Part shown: positions 19,419 through 28,203 of the stretch, one piece after another
Position numbering within the stretch: the first letter of the stretch is position 1
Layout of the letters: every line of letters begins with the position of its first letter
Notes under the pieces: generated by a model
Seen by the model: only the letters and a program-made list of their open reading frames with translations
Databases searched by the model: none
Told to the model about the DNA's origin: nothing
DNA from: Deltaproteobacteria bacterium HGW-Deltaproteobacteria-8
GTDB lineage: Bacteria > Desulfobacterota > Desulfovibrionia > Desulfovibrionales > Desulfovibrionaceae
Reading direction: 5' to 3'
Assembly: GCA_002840405.1 (NCBI GenBank)
Contig: PHAR01000005.1
Span: 11,894 to 75,893, forward strand
DNA length: 64,000 bases
Position numbers and translations under genes: made by a program

Positions 19419-21557
19419 TTACTGCTTTTCAGAAATGACCGAGCCCACAACCCGTGCCAGCGTCTGTTGGAGTTCCTCAACCTGCACGGGCTTTGCCACA
19501 TAGTCATTCATGCCCGCCTCAATGAACTTCTCACGGTCTCCCGTCAGGACATAGGCGGTCATCGCGATTATCGGAACCTGCGCGTCAAGCACCCCAGAAC
19601 TGCCGCTCCTGATTCGCTTGGTGGCCTCGACGCCATCCATGACGTCCATCTGGACGTCCATCAGTACACAGTCGTAGGGACTTCCCCGCAACGCATTCAA
19701 GGCTTCCTCACCGTTGTTGGCCGTGACAACCTGATGCCCCTTCTTCTCCAAAATCAAGCGGGCACTCAGGCGGTTTATTTCTTCGTCCTCAACAAGGAGG
19801 AGGCGCAGTGGCGCACGTGTCTCACCTTCCGGCCTTGGCTGTGGAGCGGCAACAGCATGTGCGGCGAGGTCAAACGGGAGTGTCAGATACACTGTGGTGC
19901 CTCGGGACTCAGTGCTCTCGAAGGTCAGCGTCCCTCCCATTGCGTTGACAAGACGGAGGGCGATGGCAAGGCCAAGTCCAGCGCCCTGATGCGACCGGGT
20001 GAAGTCTCCCGAAACCTGAACAAATGGTTTGCATATCAGGTCTAGTTTGGCCTCAGGGATGCCTGGACCCGAATCACTGACCATGAACAGCAGTCGGACC
20101 ATGCCAGAAGGATGAGGCAGAAGTGAAGAGACCTCAATCTTCACCTCGCCCTGGTCGGTGAACTTTATGGCGTTACCAACGAGGTTGAAAAGGACCTGTC
20201 TTACCCGAATCTCGTCACCGACAAGGGTGGGGGGAACGTCAGGGGCCACGCTTATGACAAAGGACAGCCGCTTGCTCATGTTCAAGGGAGAAAAAGTCTC
20301 GGAAAGGGCTATGAAGATGTTTGCCAAAGCGAAGGGTTGGCTTGCTATGGGCATACGCCCCGCCTCAATGCGCGACAGGTCAAGAATGTCGCCCAGCAAG
20401 CTCGTCAGTCTCTGCCCTGCGCGTAAAGCCATGTCGGCATAGCATTCCACTTCGTTGGACAAACCGCTTGCCTTGATAACTTGAAGCATCCCAAGCATGC
20501 CGTTGAGCGGGGTCCGAATTTCGTGGCTCATGTTGGCCAGAAATTCGCTTTTTGAGCGGTTGGCGTTCTCGGCGATGTCTTTTGCCTGCAGAAGGTCGCG
20601 CTCCAAACGCTTGAGGTCGGTGATGTCGAAGGCCATGCTCAAAACAGTGCGGCGACCATCCAGCAGAGGCCCAAGCGGCACGGAAAAGAAAGACCACGTT
20701 CTCAGGCAACCATCCTTGCAAAGGATGTGATATTCGCCCTCATCCTTGCGCTCTTCCGTCGAGTACAAGGTGTCAATGTACGCCCGCACCTCTTCCCTCC
20801 GCGTGCCGTAAGCCCTCTGCGTCCAGTCGTAAATAGTTGGGATGTCGGCGAGTGTGTACCCAGTGCTTTCCGTCCAGGCGCGGCTCAGGGCGAGGACGAA
20901 ACCACCATCCGCATGGATCATTATCGGGAACGGGGATTCCTCAATGGCGCGCCGGAAGCGGGTTTCACTGGCGCGCAGCTGGGCCACGTTGGCAAGGTTT
21001 TCCTCGTGGTCAGAAAAGATTTTGACAATCAAAAGCATGGACAAGGGATACACCACCAGAATGGGCAGGCCGATTGTCTTGACAACCGTGACCGCAGTAT
21101 CAAACGGAAGAGTGAACATGGCCGCGAGCATGACCAGATGGACCAAGAAACCGAATCCCAGAATGTGCCAACTCGGGATAACGTCCGTCCTGCCCTTTCT
21201 CACAACATGATAAAGAAGGCCAATCCCGGCGGAGGAAAGGATGACTGTGATCCCGGTCCACATGCCAACGCCGCCCTGATACACCCGGCAGGCAATCGCC
21301 ATAGAGCTGGAAATCAGGCACGCGACAGGCCCGAAGAACAGGGCACACAGACTGAGAGCCACTGACCGGCCATCAAAAATCAAGCCTGGTTCGAAGACAA
21401 GCGGATTGAGCATGCCGATGACGGCTACAGATCCGAAGAGAAAACCTTGGAAGGCTTTGCCGGAGAGCGTTTCTTTTCCATACCGGCGCATTATGAAGGT
21501 TGAGACAACGCACAACGCTATAATCGTCCCGAGGTTGTGGATAAGAACTACAACCAT
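19419..21557 (-). CDS. Hybrid sensor kinase: 5TM LytS-type receptor, PAS, HisKA, HATPase, REC
   Basis: DGRSV in the TM region, [21 protein letters not shown] and REC VEDE/LMDVQM/KP. Atypical codon usage. Confidence 0.9.
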   Translation of the reverse strand: MVVVLIHNLGTIIALCVVSTFIMRRYGKETLSGKAFQGFLFGSVAVIGMLNPLVFEPGLIFDGRSVALSLCALFFGPVACLISSSMAIACRVYQGGVGMWTGITVILSSAGIGLLYHVVRKGRTDVIPSWHILGFGFLVHLVMLAAMFTLPFDTAVTVVKTIGLPILVVYPLSMLLIVKIFSDHEENLANVAQLRASETRFRRAIEESPFPIMIHADGGFVLALSRAWTESTGYTLADIPTIYDWTQRAYGTRREEVRAYIDTLYSTEERKDEGEYHILCKDGCLRTWSFFSVPLGPLLDGRRTVLSMAFDITDLKRLERDLLQAKDIAENANRSKSEFLANMSHEIRTPLNGMLGMLQVIKASGLSNEVECYADMALRAGQRLTSLLGDILDLSRIEAGRMPIASQPFALANIFIALSETFSPLNMSKRLSFVISVAPDVPPTLVGDEIRVRQVLFNLVGNAIKFTDQGEVKIEVSSLLPHPSGMVRLLFMVSDSGPGIPEAKLDLICKPFVQVSGDFTRSHQGAGLGLAIALRLVNAMGGTLTFESTESRGTTVYLTLPFDLAAHAVAAPQPRPEGETRAPLRLLLVEDEEINRLSARLILEKKGHQVVTANNGEEALNALRGSPYDCVLMDVQMDVMDGVEATKRIRSGSSGVLDAQVPIIAMTAYVLTGDREKFIEAGMNDYVAKPVQVEELQQTLARVVGSVISEKQ

Positions 21558-21881
21558 ACGGGCTCCTGAAAGCGGATATTATTGGGCCAAATCACCCGCA
21601 CATATAGGACTTTGCATCTCATGGGGATATTTTAGCACAAGCCCTGAGCGAGTATCAACACAATATCCCAATGCAATCAGATTTGATGTTTCGAGACCGG
21701 AATGAAATGTCCCGCGCATTCTCGCTCTGCCCTTGACAATTCACTCACCGCACGTGGTATGGTTTGTCCAAGGCCCTTGTTTTTTGTTTTTTTACAAAGG
21801 AGGATTCGTCAACGCCACCAGCTATGGCCGTTTGACATGAGTCTCACCGGAGGCGCTTTCGCGCTTTCCGCCCACACACCA

Positions 21882-21928
21882 CACCGTCTGTTTTCCTTGC
21901 GCAAAGGAAAACAGACGGTGACTTTTTT
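21882..21928 (+). terminator. Strong intrinsic terminator-like hairpin in the non-coding stretch upstream of the tyrosine recombinase
   Basis: CACCGTCTGTTTTCCT / AGGAAAACAGACGGTG perfect 16 bp stem followed by a T run. Confidence 0.7.
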
Positions 21929-22177
21929 ACCTACAGCCACATCATTTTTACCTAGAAAGACGAATAGACGGCCACCCTGCGTGTCTGCCTTTGGCTCGTG
22001 TCTGGCTCCTGCACCGCCCTCGGCGGCGGCGTGATTTGTCATGCCGTGGAGCAACTCGGATTGACCCCCTTTCGGCTTGTTCCTGCCGAGGCTACGCTTT
22101 GCGTGTTGTCTCATCGGAGCAGGCCCGCGAGTAGCCAGAAACATCAACCGCGCACCTCGTGCGCATTGGGGGCAGAC

Positions 22178-23122
22178 ATGGGAGACTCCCTTCTTTACGC
22201 AATCGGACGCGCCCGCATGCAGGGAAGTGCGAAGACGCGCTACCAGCATCGTGCCGAGGCGGCGCGCTTTGTGTGTGACCTCCGCGCAGCTGGTCACGGG
22301 GTGCAGTCATGGCGAAACATCAGCAACAAGCACGTGGCCGTTGTCATCGAAAGGTGGCGTGCCCGGGGTTTGGGAAACGCAACAATCAAAGAATATCTGT
22401 CTGGGGTTCGGGCCGTCGCCCGGGCTTACGGCAACGACACCATACGGACGGCGAACGACTTCCGGGGCGACGACGGCGGGCTTCTCGTCGGGCCGCGCAT
22501 CGGGGTGGACAACTGCAACCGCGCTGTGCCCGAAAAGGTATATGCCGCCGCTCTCGAAGTCCTTCGCGTCGGCACGGAAGACGCACAACGATTTGCTATC
22601 CACCTGCGCCTCATGCGCACCGGCGGCCTTCGACACGAAGAAGCACGCAAGCTCAACCCACTCCGGTGCCTCCTCGCTGATGGCCGTGTTTTCATCAGCG
22701 ATGGGACCAAAGGCGGACGCGAGCGGATGATATCCGCGCCGTCTCCGGCCTTCCTGACCGCTATCGAAGACGCCCACCGTGTCGTCTCACGTCACGGCAA
22801 CTTGATGCCCGACGGCATGAACGAAAGACAATGGGAAAAGCGCGCGTATGCTTTTGCCTGCGCAGCGGGTATTTCGCAGGCCGTGTGCGGCGCGTCACTG
22901 CACGGCCTGCGACACGCATACGCACAAGAACGATATGCGAGCATCACCGGCTTTCAGTGCGCATCCGCTGGCGGCAAGCTCGCCGAAGCGATGGAAATCG
23001 CAGGCACGGCCTGGCGGCAACTGGACAGTGACGCGCGACTACTCATCAAGGCAGAACTCGGCCACGGCCCGGACCGCGACGATGTCGTTGCCCGCTATCT
23101 TGGCTCACGATTTCGGATGTAA
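22178..23122 (+). CDS. Tyrosine recombinase (integrase-domain protein with N-terminal SAM-like domain)
   Basis: Catalytic set intact: GLRHEE (R), TKGGRER (K), LHGLRH (HxxR), ELGHG (H), VARYL (Y). Confidence 0.85.
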   Translation: MGDSLLYAIGRARMQGSAKTRYQHRAEAARFVCDLRAAGHGVQSWRNISNKHVAVVIERWRARGLGNATIKEYLSGVRAVARAYGNDTIRTANDFRGDDGGLLVGPRIGVDNCNRAVPEKVYAAALEVLRVGTEDAQRFAIHLRLMRTGGLRHEEARKLNPLRCLLADGRVFISDGTKGGRERMISAPSPAFLTAIEDAHRVVSRHGNLMPDGMNERQWEKRAYAFACAAGISQAVCGASLHGLRHAYAQERYASITGFQCASAGGKLAEAMEIAGTAWRQLDSDARLLIKAELGHGPDRDDVVARYLGSRFRM

Positions 23123-23123
23123 A

Positions 23124-23152
23124 AAGAAGAGGGGCCGGGAAGGCCCCTCTTC
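23124..23152. terminator. Terminator after the tyrosine recombinase
   Basis: GAAGAGGGGCC-GGGAA-GGCCCCTCTTC stem with an upstream A run. Confidence 0.6.
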
Positions 23153-23294
23153 GCGTCTCTGCGCCCCGAGCTCTCGCGCTTGTGGGTCTTCTTCCGTAAA
23201 CGACCCTTCCCCTCGTCTCGTGCCCATTTTTGGGGTCGAGGGCGGCGGCGCGGGCTCGACGGGATCTACTCTGATATTTCCCCTCCCGAACTCC

Positions 23295-23351
23295 AAAGAC
23301 AGAAAGGCAGTAAGAGAAAGAGTAAAGACAGTAAGAGAAAGGCAAAAGACA
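23295..23351. repeat. AG-rich direct repeats (iteron-like)
   Basis: CAGTAAGAGAAAG at 23308 and 23329 (21 bp period), plus repeated AAAGACA and AGAAAGGCA. Confidence 0.55.
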
Positions 23352-23566
23352 ATGTACCCTTGCCTTGGATCCAACCTTCAGCCCCCTTGGTCCTGTGCCC
23401 GGTGTATTCCTGTTAACCGTCGATCACTTTACATGTCGGGTAATTACAGGTCGTGTCGTCTGGTGCCGCGATTTGTTCGAAGGACGAGTGCCCACAGGCA
23501 TCCGCTGCGCAGGTCGGCAAGAAGGAAAGGGCCATGCGGCCCTTCCTGCTCACCCTGGTGCGCGGC

Positions 23567-24709
23567 TTATCCCAAGAGCGCGTTTCGTATTGCACCCGCG
23601 AGATGATACGCTACGGGCGGACAGACAGAATTGCCGAGGACCCCAAGCGCGAGATAGCCCTGTGGGGGCAACTGCCAGCCCGAGGGGAATCCTTGCAGGA
23701 TGGCGCAGTCCGGCACGGCAAGGCGGAAATGCCCATTGGGAGTCGGGAACTGTCGTGCGGCTTCGCGGGTTCGGCTGACGCCGTTCGGCCAGATTTGCAG
23801 TTTTGCCCAATTCTTGGCGCTTGCCTGTCCGCTGAGGACTGATGTGGTGTATCTTTGGCTCGTGAGCCCACTACGCAGGGTGGGGGCAAGGCTGTCAAAG
23901 CCGATGTCGGGCAGGCCAAGCGCCTCACGCGTTCCCATGCATTGCGGCAGACTGCCCGGAAAGCCAAGAAGCGGGAGCAGGCTGGCACCATCCGCTGCGC
24001 CGAACGGGCGATGTGTCGGCAGGGGGGCAATGAACTTGGCGGCGTCGGCATCCGAACGGAAACCGATGATGAACGCGCGCCGTCGCACTTGTGGGGCACC
24101 GAACGCCACGGCGTCGAGCGTAAAGCGGCGGAGCTGGTATTCTTGAGCGAACGGAGCGATGACTTCAGCGTGGAGGTGTGCGGCGAACATCGGATTGAGC
24201 AGAGTCGCGACGTTCTCAAGCAAGAACGCCCTTGGCTTGGCCTGTCGGATTGCGCGAACGTATGCCGGAAGCATGTCCCGTTCGTCGTCCTTCCCTTTCT
24301 GGTCGCCAGCCTGTGAGAATGGCTGGCACGGCGGACCGCCAATCATGACATCGATGCCTCGGAACGGCTCCCACGCCGCCGTCCGGACGTCTCCGGCTTC
24401 ACCAGTCCGCACTGTCCAAGTCGGGCGGTTCATTGACAAGCACGCCGCGATTTTTGGCAACAGCTCGTAGCACGCGACATGCCGAAAACCAGCGCGCTCA
24501 AATCCGATGTCGAGGCCTCCGCCGCCCGAGAAAAGAGAGAGGCAGTGCAAATCATGAAACGGCTGACGGGGCATCAAGCTGTCCGGCAACAGTCGGGGCT
24601 CGTTCAGCGGCTGGCCGGGGACGGCTTCACGCCCGCTCACTTTCGCGGCATGCGCTTTCAAGGCGGTCGCCCGATACCGCTCACGCCTTTCATTGTCGCT
24701 TTTGCCCAC
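23567..24709 (-). CDS. DNA (cytosine-5) methyltransferase, orphan
   Basis: Motifs I FSGGGG, IV GGPPCQPFS, VI ENV, VIII QVRRR and X LGNSV. GTG start after AAGGAAGGAG. Confidence 0.9.
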   Translation of the reverse strand: MGKSDNERRERYRATALKAHAAKVSGREAVPGQPLNEPRLLPDSLMPRQPFHDLHCLSLFSGGGGLDIGFERAGFRHVACYELLPKIAACLSMNRPTWTVRTGEAGDVRTAAWEPFRGIDVMIGGPPCQPFSQAGDQKGKDDERDMLPAYVRAIRQAKPRAFLLENVATLLNPMFAAHLHAEVIAPFAQEYQLRRFTLDAVAFGAPQVRRRAFIIGFRSDADAAKFIAPLPTHRPFGAADGASLLPLLGFPGSLPQCMGTREALGLPDIGFDSLAPTLRSGLTSQRYTTSVLSGQASAKNWAKLQIWPNGVSRTREAARQFPTPNGHFRLAVPDCAILQGFPSGWQLPPQGYLALGVLGNSVCPPVAYHLAGAIRNALLG

Positions 24710-24816
24710 GCGGTTGCTCCTTCCTTTGCACAGTCGGATTTCATGTAGGGATTTGTGGGGCTCGTCAAGCAGGCATAGCACCCCTTGCCGAGCATCTGCC
24801 GCCCGTTCTCTTCTTC

Positions 24817-25923
24817 TCACTGCGCCGACTCCTCTGCCAGCAACGCGCCTTCCTGCCTTTCCACGGCCTTCCATGTGACCTGCCCGTCCCGGATGATGAG
24901 GTGACGGCGGACGGTTCGGACATCGACATCCGCTGCGCGGGCAACAGCCTCCCCGGTAATCTTCTGTCCGGCTTGCTTCAACGCCTCCACTGCACCGGCA
25001 ATGGCCAAGCGACATTCCGCCGCACGGCATGCGGCGCTGTAACGCGCGCCTTCGCCCTGCCGCTGGCGGATGGCCGCACGACGCTCCTCGGCAGGCAGGT
25101 CGGTGCCTTTGAGGGTGGGTAACCCCATGACGCCATAATTCCGATCTGCCCGCGACTTGTAGATGTCTCCGTTTCTGACAATCGACTTCGCGATGTCCCA
25201 GTTTTCTTCAACTGGGAGCGGTGGGGTGTTCGCCCCTGCTTGGTAGTCGGCCAGGAAGGCGGCGAGTTCGTCTTCCGACGCGCCACCGACACGGTGGAAG
25301 TACGCGAGGGCGGCACGGAAGCTGGCGCAGTTTCTCTGGCCAGTATCATAGTCGAGCTGACGCCAATGCGGGACATCCTGCGGAGCGGCCTCAAGGCGCA
25401 ACGCTTCGAGCGTGCAAGGGCCGGATGGATATTTCACGGCTGTGTGCCTGACGAAAAACGGATTCTTTGCGCCGATCATGTGGACGCCGCAGGCAATGTC
25501 GCCGCCCAAAGCCCGCATGAGATTGCGCCTGACATCATGGTAATACCGACGTGACACCGGAGAAGGATGCGGCGGCAAAGGGCGCAGAAGAGGCCAAAGC
25601 AAGTGGAAGCTCTTGCCGGACAAGACCGCGAAAGCAGGAAGCGGGATGTTCAAGGCTCCGTAAGGCGCAGGGTCGAATGCTGTGCGCTGGAGTGCCAGCG
25701 CCTGCGTCTCTCCATCGACGGGGCGTGGCATCTTTGGCAGGTCGATGTCGACATGGACCCAGCAGAGCATGCCGGGGTTCAGGATGATGTAGGGATACGC
25801 CGCGACCTCGGCAGACGGGACGCAAAAAGCCGGCTCGTCCTTGGCTGGCTTCACGAAGACATGACCGGGACGAATTTCGAAATGGGTCTTGAACTCGTCG
25901 AAATATTGGGTGGAAATACCCAT
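24817..25923 (-). CDS. ColE2-type replicase (Rep with primase C-terminal and HTH regions)
   Basis: VHVDID, SFHLLW and KNPF motifs, GQRNCASF PriCT-like segment, and C-terminal HTH (TGEAVARAADVDVRTVRRHL). Confidence 0.7.
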   Translation of the reverse strand: MGISTQYFDEFKTHFEIRPGHVFVKPAKDEPAFCVPSAEVAAYPYIILNPGMLCWVHVDIDLPKMPRPVDGETQALALQRTAFDPAPYGALNIPLPAFAVLSGKSFHLLWPLLRPLPPHPSPVSRRYYHDVRRNLMRALGGDIACGVHMIGAKNPFFVRHTAVKYPSGPCTLEALRLEAAPQDVPHWRQLDYDTGQRNCASFRAALAYFHRVGGASEDELAAFLADYQAGANTPPLPVEENWDIAKSIVRNGDIYKSRADRNYGVMGLPTLKGTDLPAEERRAAIRQRQGEGARYSAACRAAECRLAIAGAVEALKQAGQKITGEAVARAADVDVRTVRRHLIIRDGQVTWKAVERQEGALLAEESAQ

Positions 25924-26085
25924 GAGACGCACCATCCTTGTCTGTTGGTTGATGAACAACAGACAAGGGTGGCACAGCTCCCAAACGTATTGCCAGTTTC
26001 CGGATGGGGGTCGCAGGATATTAGGCCAAGAAAGGTGTACGAAGCGCTGACGCCCCCTCCGCACGCCGCGCAGCGGGTCTTCCTG

Positions 26086-27780
26086 TCACTCAACCTCAAG
26101 CCGGGTGACAGCGCGACCGGCGAAGACGCGCGCAACGCTCTGTTTGCCGGACGGCCCTTTGGGGCCTTTGGTGACAAATGTCCATTCGCGCCCGTCGAGT
26201 TCGTAAGCCGTTCCGCTTCGCGTGGTGATAGTGACTTTGTGCTCTGCTTCGCACTCAACTCGCTCAATGACGCTTCTCATCTCCATCGCGATCCGCACTC
26301 GCCGGGCGTAGACCGCCTCGTCAGACATGTTGATGCCTTCCAGCGTCTCGGCATACGCCCGCCGCTCAAGCTCGCGCAGGTGCCGAAACTGGATGGAATC
26401 TTCCGCCGCCTGCCGAGCCTCGGCGGCATCGGCGCGGGCCGTGCCCATCTGCGTCTGGAGTTCCCTCCGCTTCTTCTGTTTGTCAACCAGTGTCCGTTCC
26501 AGCTCGTCGAGCCCGGCAAGCTCGGGGTTGCCGAGAAACTTCAGCGCATTTTGGATTTCGGCATCGACTTTTGTCAGCTGCGCGCCCAAGGCTTCGATTG
26601 TCTCCGCCTGCTTCTTGGCCGTCTCGCTGTGGACCCCGGCGGCGGCGACCACATCAACGTCCGAGAGTCCACCAGCCAGTACGAAGTTCTCCAACAGCAG
26701 ATAGTTGTAATACTGTCGGTTCTTGCAGTCCTGCCCTTCGAGGGCTCTACTGCAAACGAGGTAACGTGCCCAAGGCCGCACGCCGTCTTTGCGGGTCTTG
26801 TCGCGGGTACGGTCGAGATACCGCATGGGGCCGCCGCAGGCGGAACACTTCGCAAGTTTCTGAAATAAATTTGTAAACCGTTTGCCCTTCCGACCGGACT
26901 GCTTCCGCGCTCGCGTGGTCGCGATGTTTTGCGCGTGGTCGAAGAGTTCCTGTGGGATAATGGGCGGATAGTAGTTGGGGATGGTTTCGGTCCGCTTGCG
27001 CCCTTCTTCGGTCGTCACCTCGGGCAGGTATTCCCCGATCACCGCACGGTTGTGCAGGAGCTTCTGGATGTAGCTCGCGTGCCAAATCGGCTTACGCTTG
27101 TTCCATGGTGGGATACCTTCCGCCCGCAGAGTGCTGGCGATGACGTAGCGCCCGATACCGGAAACATACATTTCGAAGATTCGGCGGACGATTGCCGCAC
27201 GGTCTTCCAACAAATGGAACTTGCGACGCTTGACCACAAGCCAAAGCGGGCACTGGCGCGAAACCGGCACGCCATCCGCCGCCTTCTCTCGCTTCACCTG
27301 CCAGTTGTCCTTGGAGCGCATGGATTTGTGCTCGCTCTCGCTGTGCGAGCGGGCGAGGTCAGCCATAACAGAATGCATGACGCTGTATGACAGCTCATCA
27401 AGAATCGTGTTCTGCCCGGTAATCCCAATGCGGATGCCGCCCTTTGTCAGGGCAAGGAGCAGGTTGAGGGCGTCACCGGCCTTGTCGCGCGTAAGTCGGT
27501 CCAGTGATTCAACGATCAGCATCGACCCGCGCGCAATGACACCGTCTTCGACCAGCTTGAGAAAGGTTCCGAGGGCACCCTTACGGGAGTTGCCGCTCCG
27601 GTAAGCTGAAACGCCGAGGTCATTAAGCGTTTCGTCAATGACGAGGCCATGCCGCTTTGCAAATTTTTTGGAGGCGCGCAGCTGACGCTGTTCGCCCTCG
27701 CCGAGGGTTTGAGGAGTGCTGGACAGGCGGATATATGCATATGCCTTCGGTGCTGGGGCGGTGGGTGGCTGTTTGCTCAT
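26086..27780 (-). CDS. Large serine recombinase (resolvase, recombinase, zinc ribbon, coiled coil)
   Basis: AYIRLSS catalytic Ser, D.G.SAY, VESLDRLTR, ES..KS.R, CSACGGPM...CSR...C zinc ribbon. Alternative start at 27792. Confidence 0.92.
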   Translation of the reverse strand: MSKQPPTAPAPKAYAYIRLSSTPQTLGEGEQRQLRASKKFAKRHGLVIDETLNDLGVSAYRSGNSRKGALGTFLKLVEDGVIARGSMLIVESLDRLTRDKAGDALNLLLALTKGGIRIGITGQNTILDELSYSVMHSVMADLARSHSESEHKSMRSKDNWQVKREKAADGVPVSRQCPLWLVVKRRKFHLLEDRAAIVRRIFEMYVSGIGRYVIASTLRAEGIPPWNKRKPIWHASYIQKLLHNRAVIGEYLPEVTTEEGRKRTETIPNYYPPIIPQELFDHAQNIATTRARKQSGRKGKRFTNLFQKLAKCSACGGPMRYLDRTRDKTRKDGVRPWARYLVCSRALEGQDCKNRQYYNYLLLENFVLAGGLSDVDVVAAAGVHSETAKKQAETIEALGAQLTKVDAEIQNALKFLGNPELAGLDELERTLVDKQKKRRELQTQMGTARADAAEARQAAEDSIQFRHLRELERRAYAETLEGINMSDEAVYARRVRIAMEMRSVIERVECEAEHKVTITTRSGTAYELDGREWTFVTKGPKGPSGKQSVARVFAGRAVTRLEVE

Positions 27781-27891
27781 GGCAATGAGCATAGAGAAAG
27801 AAGACCGAAGAGACCAGGATTAATTGTGTTTTGAGGGCAACTTTTAGGTAAAACTTCACACATGCGCCCAGGATGATTGATTTTTTCTTGT

Positions 27892-27950
27892 GGGTATACT
27901 ATATGTATCCTGTATCCCGCTGGGGGCAGCGGCCCCCAGACCCCCATTTT
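27892..27950. other. Right junction (attR-like) of the integrated element
   Basis: GGGTATACT...GTATCCCGC followed by the REP right half TGGGGGCAGCGGCCCCCAGACCCCCATT. Confidence 0.75.
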
Positions 27951-28187
27951 ACGCCGAAGGGCTGTTTCAGGAGGAACCTGAAACAGCCCTTTTGGCTTGT
28001 GTGGGTCAGGGAGAGTCTCTTCGCTTTTTATCAATGTTCTCGAAAGGGGCCAACCGCGCGCGGGTCTTCGCTCGAAGACCCGCGCGCATGTTTGTGGCTG
28101 GGCGCAGCCGGGGCATGAAACCTGGTTGCGCTGGCCCAGGCCATACGGGGGTTCCAAGGGGCCTCAGGCCCCTTGGCCGCCGGAGGC
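27921..28187. repeat. Composite REP/REPIN-like repeat (right part of the split copy)
   Basis: Contains the AAGGGCTGTTTCAGG-AGGAA-CCTGAAACAGCCCTT hairpin and the GGCCAACCGCGCGCGGG module, and ends GGCCGCCGGAGGC. Confidence 0.8.
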
Positions 28188-28203
28188 TATCGCCCAGGCT
28201 TGC

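Larger units (their letters stand above)
19383..27920. mobile_element. ~8.5 kb integrative element (serine recombinase, Rep, MTase, tyrosine recombinase, kinase cargo)
   Basis: Visibly lower GC and different codon use, mobile-element genes, and junctions that rejoin into an intact REP. Confidence 0.85.

Noticed and set aside
24710-25030. Extended N-terminus of the methyltransferase ORF
   Set aside because: It overlaps rep. A strong RBS precedes the GTG at 24709.
27892-27900. GGGTATACT at the island ends as further copies of the phage promoter
   Set aside because: It lacks the upstream TTGTCC/CCGGCCAAA/TGTCAA blocks and is better explained as att arm sequence.
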